Assembly (NCBI RefSeq): GCF_018977255.1
Contig: NW_024704742.1
Span: forward strand, 85,190,001 to 85,254,000
Direction: 5' to 3'
DNA length: 64,000 nt
From: Callorhinchus milii
Taxonomy: Eukaryota
The notes under the pieces were generated by a model. It saw nothing but the letters and a program-made list of their open reading frames with translations, did not search any database and was not told the DNA's origin. Shown piece after piece: positions 13,430 to 24,750 of the stretch. Numbering within the stretch: position 1 is the stretch's first letter; every line of letters begins with the position of its first letter. The position numbers and the translations under genes are program-made.

Positions 13430-13960
13430 GTTGTCTCAGCTCCTCCGGGTCAGAGCGCATGTCTCTGCGCGTGCGCACCGCTTCCACCAGGCCCGTGGCT
13501 GCTCCCGCAGCGGCGCCTCTTCTTCTCCCACATTAAACTGACAGCAGATACATTTCACAATAAAAACCCACCAGGAGCAGCTGTTGTCGCTGGGTGTCCC
13601 GGGCCGGGCCGGGTGTGGTGTCCCGGGCTGGGTGTCCCGGGCTGGACCGGGCCGGGCCTCTGTCCGCCTGTGGTCGGGGAACGCGAGCTGCAGCCGGACG
13701 GATGTCGCCGGGTGAGGGGGTGCCACCGCGCATGCGTCGACACCCTGGCTGCGCAGGCGCAAAACTGCGTGGAGTGCCCAGTGGCTGGAATGGGCGGCTT
13801 TCCCGCCCAATTGGGCGTTTTTTTGTTGTTGTCCCACTGCTTGAAAAAAAACGGCTTTGGGTTGGTGCCTCATTTTTATTTTTTTAAGGCTAAAAAAAAA
13901 TCCTCTTTGAAGACCTTTTTTTTTGCGCGTTTTCCAAAGCACTGACCTCTATTGGCCAGT
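13430..13960 (-). promoter_or_regulatory. INIP: CpG island, probable INIP promoter and non-coding first exon
   Basis: CpG-dense unique sequence. NRF1-type motifs TGCGCGTGCGCA (13466-13477), GCGCATGCG (13728-13736) and TGCGCAGGCGCA (13750-13761); E2F-type TTTCCCGC (13799-13806); CCAAT boxes. Candidate minus-strand donor CTG|GTGGGT at 13572/13571. Confidence 0.55.
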
Positions 13961-14048
13961 CTACCAGCCATATGTAATATTGGGCTACTTTGAGGCTGCT
14001 AGTCGGTTGGCTTTGGGCTATAAATGTATTGCAATGTCTGTCCACCTT

Positions 14049-14360
14049 AATAATAATCCTTGCATTTGATATAGCGCTTTTCACGTCGGGAGGACGTCCC
14101 AAAGCGCTTCACAGAACACACTGTAAAGTGAATTGACTGTATATTTGAGGGCGAACAGCCAATTGCGCACAGCAATGTCCCACAAACAGTCGTAGATTGA
14201 AAATGACCAATTTATTATTGTTTTTGGTTTTGGAGGGATTATTATTAGGCTCTGTGTGGAGTAAGGAAACTTGCCCAAGGTTTCGCCCTCTGCCTGGAAT
14301 TGAACTCAGGTCTCTCGCTTGCAAAGCGAGTGCTCTAACCACTGAGCTACAGGACTCCAC
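14049..14360 (-). mobile_element. tRNA-derived SINE, young family
   Basis: Reverse complement of 4280-4598. Confidence 0.92.
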
Positions 14361-14794
14361 CTTGGTTGAGTGTATGTTTGTGGAGGAGCTGTCACTAGTC
14401 AAAGGCTGCGTGCAACCCAGGGCTGCACTGGGGCTGCACGGAACAGATTCATTGAAAGTCAACCCGGCTGTTAGTTGATTGGTGGATCGTTTTGCTGGGG
14501 TAACAATCCCTCACCCGAAAAATTGGTCATTCAATGACTGTTTCTGGTACACACTGCTATGCGCTATTTTGCACGCAAAATACACAGTCAATCCACTTCA
14601 CAATATATTCTCTGAAGCACTTTGGGATGACTGTCTCAATGACATATTGACGTCTCATTAGTAAAGTACAGCTCAGAAACATGCCATTCCACCCATCAGT
14701 CCGGCCGCTGCTTATACTCTACATTGGTGGCCAGTTCTAGCCCCTGACCACTGAAAATGATCTTTGCTGGCCAGCCTATCTTATCCTCCCACCA

Positions 14795-15036
14795 TCTTTT
14801 CACTCAGCGAGTTGTTCAAATTTGGAATAATCTGCCTGAAAGGGTAGTGAAGTCCGATTCGATAACAGCTTTTAAGAGAGAACTGGATAGGTATCTGGGG
14901 AAGACGGGTTTGCAGGGTTATGGGGAGAAAGCTGGTGATTGGGGTTAGTGAAAGTGACTTGCTCTGTCAAAGAGCCGGCACAGACTCGATGGGCTGAATG
15001 GCCTCCTTCTGTGCCGTAACATTCTATGAATCTATG
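14795..15036 (+). mobile_element. CR1 LINE 3' end fragment
   Basis: FTQRVVQIWNNLPERVV...FKRELDRYL; tail GGCTGAATGGCCTCCTTCTGTGCC...TTCTATG. Confidence 0.8.
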
Positions 15037-15193
15037 AAAAATCTTATATATCTTTACTCTGTTTATGGGGTTGTTCAGAGAATGCAGGATTTGCCAAATG
15101 GTTGAACTCAGACTTAGAATAACAATAATTAATCCTTGAATTTGACAAACTGCTTATCATGTCATTGAGACTTCTTAATGCACTTCACAGAAA

Positions 15194-15510
15194 GTGGAGT
15201 CCTGTAGCTCAGTGGTTAGAGCACTCGCTTTGCAAGTGAGAGACCTGAGTTCAATTCCAGGCAGAGGGCGAAACCTTGGGCAAGTTTCCTTACTCCACAC
15301 GCCTAATAATAATCCCTCCAAAACCAAAAACAATAATAAATTGGTCATTTTCAATCCACGACTGTTTGTGGGACATTGCTGTGTGCAATTGGCTGCCGTG
15401 TTCGCCCACAAATATACAGTCAATTCACTTTACAGTGTGTTCTGTGAAGCGCTTTGTGATGTCCTCCTGACATGAAAAGCGCTATATCAAATGCAAGGAT
15501 TATTATTATT
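15194..15510 (+). mobile_element. tRNA-derived SINE, young family
   Basis: Near-identical to 4280-4598. Confidence 0.92.
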
Positions 15511-18377
15511 AAATATAGTGAAATTTAGGTTAACTCATTAGCCAATTTCTGTTTAACAATGTCCGACAGAATGCCATGAAGTGAAGGACCAATTATATTT
15601 GGGAATTGTTGGCCAGGTCACTGGGAGAATGTCCCATTTAGGTGTAAATTGACTCATTTAATGTTTGGTTGGTTATTTAAATATGGTTGTGCACTAATGC
15701 CTGCTAATAAATACAGATGCTGGTGTATGGAACATCCAGTTTTACTGACTGGTGAGTAAAGGGAGGAACATATTTACAATTGGAAACTTTCTACAATCCC
15801 TTAAAGTCAGCCTCAAAATTCAGAACCACTGAAATAGTTTCATGAACTTGCGAAAATAAATACAATATAAGGAATTCAAAATTTCAAACCTGATAGACTT
15901 TAAGAGATACGGAGTGAGATACACGATTGTAAATAACGCCTAGCAATTCCAGAATAACCAATAGCAATCAATGTTAAGGAGCTTAACTGTTTTTAAATAA
16001 AAGTCCAACACAATTCATACAGATTTCAAATTTACTGTCTCGGTCATAGCTTAATGAAGCATTCAGTGCTGTCAGTGCTATAAATGGTATTTTTCTGCTA
16101 CATGTTAATTAATTCACACACAGATTTCACAAGCCACGGGAAACAGGTGATGTGACAGGTTCTTCCCCTTCTCAGCCCAACATCTGTGTTACAAAAAAAC
16201 AGGCTCAAGTACAGGCACAACATCTGTGTCACAAAAAATATTGCTGCTGGCAAAAACAGAATGATTAAATCTACATAAGATTCTGCTCATTTTCTGGATA
16301 ATTCAAAATGTTCATATTTTAGCAGTTGCACAGTATTTGGAATCATTGATGAAGTAGCCTTAGATTGTAAATCCAGCAGATCAATCCTTATATGTGCATT
16401 CCTATGATTAAAATTATTTAATATTTTCTCTCTCCTGCATTTAATTCCAACAAGTTATGGTCTTTGTTGTGACAAGTGTGTCCCTTGTCAATTGTTCCTA
16501 CAGAGATTTATTGATGTGGCAAAGCAGAAGAGCGTGAGAAAGCAATCAATGGGAAAAGACCATTTGCTGCATTGAGCCTTGGTTCAGAGAGGCAACCCCA
16601 CAGTTGTCATAGTCACCCCTTTTGTTTTCTGTGCCTGTCTGTTGTTTAAAATATGTTCTGTAAAGTTTATGTGTTCGTTAAAAGCATTTGCCAGTGTAAG
16701 TGCACTTAGTAATTACCGATTGATCTTGGGAAAACTCGGAAAGTGCCGAAGTTCAATAGAACTGGCGCATACACGCTATAAATATATTGAGTAGCACTTT
16801 AAATACTTTTTTTAATGTATTTAACGTCTTTGATACTTATAATGCCATCAAGTTTGACTGTAGCTTTGATTGCAACAATTTGGCGGGTAACTGACTATCT
16901 AGAATTTGCATAAGTGGATAGCAAGGTGTACTCTTTCCCTATTGGGTCACTTAAAGGATAATTTTGATTGGACCATAAGAAAGGTACCAATTTCATCAAG
17001 TAATTGGTGCTATATCATTCCCATTGGGTGCCCTAATTCGGGGACGGGCTCAATGCCCATAAAAGAATGAGCATCATATGGTCACTATTTTTATACCTGA
17101 TGACAAAGGTATGTGCTCTTAGTATTGATGAGTAATAGTCAGAGATTGGGTCCTCATGCACTTTACATTAACTTTATTACAAATGGCTGCTAGCGTGTGT
17201 AATAGTTTAAGTGTGATTAATGTTTGCTATCTCATAGTTGTGTTTGTTGATATTTATTGTGTCGTTTCAGATTTAATGCCGAGGGTAATTTAATCAAAAT
17301 TACAATAAAATTCCTTTGAGCTAACTTAACATATACAGTCAATTCACTTTACAGTGTGTTCTGTGAAGCGCTTTGGGACGTCCTCCCGACGTGAAAAGCG
17401 CTATATCAAATGCAAGGATTATTATTATTATTAACTGTGCTTAAATCAGCACCTTGGGACGTCCTCCCGACGTGAAAGGCACTTTACAAATTTAATTTTG
17501 TTGTTGTTAACTCAAGCTTTCTGTATAAATCAAAGGAGGGAATACACAAGCAGGTTCAGCCTAGGTCACAGAGGTGTAAAATAAACCTCTGGTTGACTGA
17601 AGCTTCCCAATTTGCTTTAACTTAAATAGCAATTAGTAACATCTGTCATCGTGGAAGAATCATTAGTCAAATTACACATAAGAGACATAAGAACATAAGA
17701 ATTATGAGCAAGAGTAGGCCATTCGGCCCCTCTAGCCTGCCCCGCCATTCAATAAGATCATCTATAGATCTTAGGAGCAGAGGCACGAGAGGTCTATACA
17801 CCTAATTAAAGGGATTTGCATTCATTAGTGAGGATTGAACATAGAGGCTATCCAATACTGTGAGGGAGAGCGAGCTATATCATGGGTGTACATTTAAGGG
17901 TGATAGAACTGTCTCACAGTGCACTTCACTTCACTAGCTCTGTGTTTTGGGAGAAAGCATTGCATAGAAATCCTCTGAACACCAATGTAACTGTGCTGAT
18001 GAACACCATGAGCAAAGTTTACATTAAGTATTTTTGACAATAAATAACATTATAAACATAGAACATGTCATTAGCTGGTACTAATGAACAGCACATATTA
18101 AATCCCAGGAAGTTCATAATATTCTTCCATCCCCCACATCCTCACTATTCAACGTGACATCCTTTTCTCCGTAGACAACACTTTTTTCCCTCCCAGCAAC
18201 ATTGACGGCTGAGCTTTCTGATTCTAACCCCTCCTAACTGCTAGAAATCCCTCCCTTGACACTTCCAATCCACCTCTTCTCTATCTGGTTTCAAGCACTG
18301 CCTTAAAATCTACCTCTTCAACTGCATCTATGGTCATCTCTTTCGCTCCCCACCGCCTGGCGTCTGTCACTGCCAAT

Positions 18378-18688
18378 GTCCTGTAGCTCAGTGGATAGAG
18401 CACTTGCTTTGCACACGAGAGACCTGAGTTCAATTCCAGGCAGGGCGAAACCTTGGGCAAGTTTCCTTACTCCACACGCCTGATACTAATCCCTCCAAAA
18501 AAACAAAATCAATAATAAATTGGTCATTTTCAATCTACAACTGTTTGTGGGACATTGCTGTACGCAATTGGCTGCCGCGTTCGCCCACAAATATACAGTC
18601 AATTCACTTTACAGTGTGTTCTGTGAAACGCTTTGGGATGTCCTCCCGACGTGAAAAGCGCTATATCAAATGCAAGGATTATTATTAT
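18378..18688 (+). mobile_element. tRNA-derived SINE, young family
   Basis: Same head, body and tail. Confidence 0.9.
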
Positions 18689-20189
18689 AATGTAAAGCAC
18701 TCCAAGACATTATTCAATTTGAAGGGTACAATAAAAAGGCAAGTTGTTGTTTCCTATCTATACCCTCCATTTCTGTCTACTTGCTTGTTCTAAACTCCCA
18801 CTGTCCCACCATTGGTGGCTGAGCCTCCTTGCAGACGGCACCTCTACGCAGAGTCATACCTTAGTATTAGATAAAGACTTCAGAAGATAAAATTACTGAT
18901 TTAATAATGAAATCACAATGCTGACTGAGTTTTATTATTGAGCAACCTTTATACTACAGTAATTGAACAATGATACAAACAGTTTTATTTAATTAAATCA
19001 ATTTCTGACTGGATCCAGCATATAATTAATACATTGATTTCATTTTTAATAACTATTTACAATACTAATGCATTTAAATAAATAACATTGACATCAGTGA
19101 GTAATTTAAAAAAGGATTGAACTTAATGAATTGGATTGTTGAATGTGTTATAAAGCAGTGAGTAAGAGACTGAAATTAATTAAATGAACTATATTTGAGC
19201 TTGTAATTCACCAGGTTTCTTGTGATACTCTCTTGCTCTCTTTTCTGGTTAGTTCTGGTCTTTGGACCTTAGTTTTCCTGGTTCCTTTCCATTGTTTTAG
19301 TCTGCCATCATTCTTTCATGTCAACTGCTCCTGAGCTGACTCTTGGGAAGCTGATCAGGTCTTGATACTCTTCTCTTTGTCTGCTTTTCTCAATCTTCCT
19401 GGCTGATCCAGCTGCCAATTGTTGTCTCCGATTCAACACTATGTCTTAACCAGCAGGTTCCATCCTTGGGCTGCTCCGTTGCCTCAAAAAAACTAATCAG
19501 TAGCCCCGTTCTCTGTAGTCAGGAGACTGAACAGGTCACGTCTTGAGCTGTTATGCATCATTTTCTCTTATTTCTACTCAGCTGAAAATGGACAATTTTG
19601 TTAGTCGAAAATAGACAACTGGCAAATGCCCCCAAATTGGTGCAGATGGGCAATTGGCATAAAATTTGTGATGCAGAAAGATTCCAAAGTATGATTGAAG
19701 ATCCTTTCAACCCATTTGGTCTCATGCTTCCAGAATACCCACCTTACTTTCTCCCCATTATTGTGTGTTTCTTATTAGAGTCAAAGGCCTGTCCCTCTAC
19801 CAGCCTTTATAATAACTGATGCCATGACAATATTTCAGGAATAATTCCTTGTGTTTCCCACACTGGCCCTCCACATGCCTGAACGAATGTCCTGTTGTCC
19901 CATTTAATAAGCAATGCTAAACTACTGTACACTATCTTGGGCAACCTCCACTCAAGGTGAAAATTAATCTGAGAGTATATTATTTGTGGAAAATACAAAC
20001 AATAATCTTCTTCTATACTAATAAAACAATAATGTCTGTCTGCATTTCAAGAAGGATCTCAATAACTGATTGACGTAGAAACATGATTTATACTTCATCA
20101 GAAAGATCTTGTGTCTGACATGTGCATATTCGTTTTCAGGTATCTCCTATCATTTATGAGTTATTTCAATTTTGCATTTATCGCTGCAG

Positions 20190-20390
20190 TGTTCAGCATT
20201 TTAGACCCGACCTGGGTCAGTGGGGGAGAAGGGAGAGGAGGGGAAGGGGGGTAGCCGATGGCATGGTCGAAGAGGTGGGTCTTGAGGTGGGACTTGAAGG
20301 AGGCTAAGGAGGGGGCGAGGCGGAGTGATTGGAGGAATGGAATTCCAGAGGTTGGGGGCAGAGTGGCTGAAGGCTCTCCCACCAATGGTG
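20190..20390 (-). mobile_element. L2 3' fragment
   Basis: Minus ORF with SLRLAPSLASFKSHLKTHLF, abutting the CR1 element. Confidence 0.75.
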
Positions 20391-20419
20391 GGGGGGAGGG
20401 GGGGGTGGTTGGTCAGGGA

Positions 20420-23107
20420 CTTGGCTACAATGCATTCAGGAGGGATAGGGAAGGATAAAATGGAGGGGGAGTGGCAATATTGATTAAAGACACGATTGCA
20501 GCCCTGGAAAGGGATGATGTGCGAGAGGGTCCAAAAACAGAATCTATTTGGTTAAAGTTAAAGAGCAGAAATGAAGCTGTTACTCTGTTAGGTGTATACT
20601 ATAGATCACCAAATAGCAGGAGGGAGATACATGAGCAAACCAACCTGCAAGCAGATTTCAGAAAGATGCAAAGCCAATGAAGTAGTGATAATGAGGGACT
20701 TCAATTATCCTAACATAAATTGGCATAATAACAGTGTAAAGAGCAAGGAGGGGGGAGGATTCCTGAAATGTGTTCAGGATAACTTTCTGGATCAGTATGT
20801 TTCTAGCCCAGTGAGGAAAAAAGCAGTGCTGGATCTAGTTCTGGGGAATGACGTGGGGCAAGTGGAGTAGGTTTCAGTAGGAGAGCATCTGGACAAAAGT
20901 GATCACAACATCATTCGGTTTAGAGTACTTATGGAAAGGGACAAGGAGCAATCAAAGGTCAAGATACTCAACTGGAAGAGGGCTAATTTCAGTGAGTTAT
21001 AAAGGGACCCAGCCAAGATGGACTGGAAAGAAAGATTGGTAGGTAAAACAGCTAATGAGCAATGGGAAGCCTTCAAGGAGGAGATAGATTGAGGACAGAA
21101 CAAATACATTCCCACAAAGGTGAAAGGTAGGGCATCTAACCTCCCTGGATGAATAAAGAAATTGGGATTAAGATAAAACAGAAAAAGGAGGCTTATGATA
21201 AATGTCAGGTCCAAAATACAGAAGGTAATCAAATAGAATATAAAAAGTACAGAGGAGAACTGAAAAAGGAAATAAGAGGGGCAAAGAGATTGGGTGAGAA
21301 AAGATTAGCGGGTAACATAAAAGGGAAGCCAAAGGGAAGCCTAAGGTATTTTATAAGCATATAAAGAATAAAAGGGTGGGTCCAATTAGGGACCAAAGAG
21401 GAAATCTTGTTGTGGAGGCAGAGGGCATGGCTGACGTACTGAATGAGTACTTCACATCTGTCTTCACAAAAGAAGAAAATGCAGCCAATGTCACAGTTAC
21501 AGAAGTTGGATAAGAAAAGAATAAACCGAGAGAAGGTAGTAAAAAAGCTGTCGGTGCTCAAGGCAGATAAGTTAGCTGGTCTGGACGGGTGTATCCTAGG
21601 TTACTGAGGGAAGTAGCATGGAAATAACGGAGGCTCTGGCCACAATCTTTCAATCCTCCTTGGACACCGGGGGGTGGTGGCAGAGGACTGGAGGGTTCCA
21701 ATTGTTACTCCCCTGTATAAAAAGGGGCCGAAGGATAAACCTGGAAACTACAGGCCAGTCAGCCTTATGTCAACAGTGGGGAAACTTCTAGAGACTATCA
21801 TCCGGGACCAAATAAATTTTCAATTAGAAAAATATGGTTTAATAAAGGACAGCCAACCCGGATTTGTTAAAGACAAATCATGTCTAACAAATCTGATAAG
21901 AGTTTTTTTGATGAAGTAATGGAGAGGGTGGATGGAGGTAGTGCAGTTGATGTAGTTTATATGGATTTTCCAAAGGCATTTGATAAAGTGCCACGTAAGA
22001 AACTTGTAAGCAAAATAGAAGTCCACGATATTAAAGGGACAGTGGCAGCATAGATACAGAACTGTCTGGGAGACAGAAAGCAGTGAGTGGGGGTGAATGG
22101 TTGTTTTTCTGACTGGAAGGAAGTACGCAGTGGTGTCCCCCTGGGGTCAGTATTGGGACCACTGCTGGTTTTGATCTATATAAATGACCTGGACTTGGGT
22201 ATAGGGAGTACAATTTCCAAGTTTGCAGGTGACGCTAAGCGAGGAAAAGTAGTAAACAGTGAGGAGGATAGTCACAGACTGCACGAGGACACAGACAGAC
22301 TGGGAAATGGGCCGACACGTGGAGATGAAGTTTAATGTGGAGAAATGTGAAGTGATGCATTTTGGGAGGAAGAATGAGGAGAGGCGATATACGCCGATGG
22401 TACAATCTTTAAAGGGGTGAAGGAACAGAGAGACCTGGGGGTCATATAAGTAAATCTTTGAAGGTGGCAGGACAGGGAGATAAAGCTGTTAAAAATGTAT
22501 ATGGGATATTAGACTTTATAAATAGGGCATAGAATACAAAAGTCGGGAAGTTATGATGAGCCTTTACAAAACACTGGTTAGACCTCAGCGAGAGACTGTG
22601 TTCAGTTCTGGGGCACTACACTTTAGGAAGGATGTCAAGGCATTGGAGAGGGGGCAAACGATGGTACCAGGAATGAGGGATTTCAGTTATCAGTGGCTAG
22701 AGAAGCTCGGGTTATTCTCCTTGGAGCAGAGAAGGTTAAGAGGAGACTTAATAGAAGTTTTCAAAATTATGAGGTAATTCAATAGGATGAACACAGAGAA
22801 ACTATTCCCACTGGCGGGCGGGTCAGTAACGTGGAGACACCGATTTAAAATAGTTGTTAAAAGAAACAGAGGGGAGGTGAGAAATTTTTTCACACAGCGA
22901 ATTGTTCGGATCTGGAATGCATTGCCTGAAAGGGCGGTGGAAGCCGATTCAATAACAACTTTTAAGGGAGAAGTAGATAATTATTTGGGGAGGACACGTT
23001 TGCGGGAATATGGGGAGTGGATTGATTTGGAAGCTCTTTTCAAAGAGCCAACACAGACCCGATGGGCCGAATGGCCTCCTTCTGCGCTGCACAATTCTGT
23101 GATTCTA
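20420..23107 (+). mobile_element. CR1-clade LINE, decayed ORF2 (endonuclease plus RT) with 3' tail
   Basis: Fragments GVYYRSPN, DFNYPNINW, PGNYRPVSL, SGVPLGSVLGP, KFAGDAK and LEQRRLRGDLIEVFKI. 3' end GGCCGAATGGCCTCCTTCTG...ATTCTGTGATTCTA. Confidence 0.9.
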
Positions 23108-23199
23108 CAACCGAGGGATGGGGGTGCGGAGAGGGACATGACAGCGCCTTCCGGGGGCGAAGCAAAGGCAAAGCGTTGGACACCAGGACATGAGTAAAG

Positions 23200-23459
23200 A
23201 GGGAGACAGCGCCCCCCAGCTGTTGGAGGAGTGGGTGAGCAGTGCGGGCTGACAGGGGCCAGAGAGAGCGAGACAGCGCCCCCCATGGCCGGGAGGAGTG
23301 GGTGAGCAGTGCGGGCTGACAGAGGGCAGAGAGAGCGAGACAGCGCCCCCCCATGGCCGGGAGGAGTGGGTGAGCAGTGCGGGCTGACAGGGGGCAGAGA
23401 GAGCGAGACAGCGCCCCCCGGTGGCCGGGAGGAGTGGGTGAGCAGTGCGGGCTGACAGG
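23200..23459. repeat. Tandem repeat, 67-68 bp x4, each unit with a CTCF-like motif
   Basis: CAGCGCCCCCC recurs at 23207, 23274, 23341 and 23409 with near-identical intervening sequence. Confidence 0.9.
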
Positions 23460-23760
23460 TGGGGAGGGGGGGGGGCTCGGCGGGCGGCGACTTCCTGTCC
23501 TGCGCGGTGCGGCTGATAAGAGGCGGCGGGGAGGCGGGGGCCGCGCGGCGCCTGGTGATGTGATGGAGGCGGTGGGCAGCGGCGACTCGGGCGCCATGAG
23601 CGGGGTCTGGTGTAAATCACTGCACTCCTCGGGGCAAAGGTCTATCCACGACGTCTCGCATCCGCTCTCGGCGGAGAAGGAGCCGCTGACACCGAGCCCC
23701 GACCCCGCGGCCACCGACGGCGACAAGGTGAGGCCGCGGCTCCCCGTCACCTGGGAAACC
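23460..23760 (+). promoter_or_regulatory. SNX30: SNX30 CpG island / core promoter and 5' UTR
   Basis: Very GC- and CpG-rich, with GC boxes and an ETS-type ACTTCC near 23490, immediately before and across exon 1. Confidence 0.7.
23596..23727 (+). CDS. SNX30: SNX30 coding exon 1 (MSGVWCKSLHSSGQRSIHDVSHPL...TPSPDPAATDGDK)
   Basis: gcgccATG in a CpG island, 44 codons, donor AAG|GTGAGG. Resembles the SNX30 N-terminus (HPL...TPSPD...GDK). An in-frame upstream ATG at 23563 could add 11 aa. Confidence 0.85.
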
Positions 23761-24195
23761 GCCCCGGGGGGGGGCACACAGCCCCGGGGGGGGCTCGGCC
23801 ACACAGCCCCGGGGGGGGGCTCGGCCACACAGCCCCGGGGGGGGGGGGGGCTCGGCCACACAGCCCCGGGGGGGGGGGGCTCGGCCACACAGCCCCGGGG
23901 GGGGGGGGGGGCTCGGCCACACAGCCCCGGGGGGGGGGGGGGCTCGGCCACAGCCCCGGGGGGGGGGCTCGGCCACACAGCCCCGGGGGGGGGGGCTCGG
24001 CCACACAGCCCCCGGGGGGGGGGCTCGGCCACACAGCCCCGGGGGGGGGCTCGGCCACACAGCCCCGGGGGGGGGGCTCGGCCACACAGCCCCGGGGGGG
24101 GGGGCTCGGCCACACAGCCCCAGGGGGGGGGCTCGGCCACACGGCCCCACAGCCCCAGGGGGGGGGCTCGGCCACACGGCCCCGGGGGCTCGGCT
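23761..24195 (+). repeat. G-run minisatellite (GGCTCGGCCACACAGCCCC-Gn), about 15 units, at the start of SNX30 intron 1
   Basis: Directly visible 25-32 bp units with variable-length G homopolymers. Confidence 0.95.
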
Positions 24196-24220
24196 GTCCG
24201 CGGTGTGTGGGTCTAACTGC

Positions 24221-24750
24221 GGTGTAGTGACTGACAGGGTCCCATGGGCTAGTGTAGTGACTGACAGGGTCTCATGGGCTAGTGTAGTGACTGACAAGGT
24301 CTCATGGGCTAGTGTAGTGACTGACTGAGTGTCCCATGGGCTAGTGTAGAGACTGACTGAGTGTCCCATGGGCTAGTGTAGTGACTGACTGAGTGTCCCA
24401 TGGGCTAGTGTAGTGACTGACTGAGTGTCCCATGGGCTAGTGTAGTGACTGACTGAGTGTCCCATGGGCTAGTGTAGTGACTGACTGAGGGCCTCATGGG
24501 CTAGTGTAGTGACTGACTGAGGGTCTCCCTAGCTAGTGCAGTGATGTGTGACTCACTGTCCCATGGGCTGGTGCACTGACTGAGTGATGGATGGTCTCAC
24601 TGGCTGGTGTAGTGACTGCGTTGAGGTCTTGTGTAATGCATGGCTGACAAGAGTCTCTTGGATCAGTTTAGTGATGGACTGTTGCTCTCAGGGGCTGATG
24701 TAATGAGTGACTGACTGAGGGGCGGTCTTGTCGGTTGCTGTAATGACTGA
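24221..24750. repeat. 30/32-bp minisatellite (CATGGGCTAGTGTAGTGACTGAC...), decaying rightwards
   Basis: About 10 near-perfect units to about 24540, then degenerate copies. Confidence 0.9.

Noticed and set aside
11312..13487. Long ORFs up to 633 aa rich in His/Pro/Thr/Tyr or Gly/Val/Trp/Met
   Set aside because: Open in several frames on both strands because the satellite lacks stop codons; no protein-like complexity.
16178..16238. Short direct repeat CAACATCTGTGT(T/C)ACAAAAAA x2
   Set aside because: A small local duplication with no further structure.
23040..24369. Pro/Gly-rich ORFs around SNX30 exon 1
   Set aside because: GC-rich minisatellite read-through; only 23563/23596-23727 is supported by homology and a splice donor.
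24221..24540. CRISPR-like regular 30-32 bp repeats
   Set aside because: Head-to-tail units with no unique spacers, no cas genes, and a vertebrate intron context.
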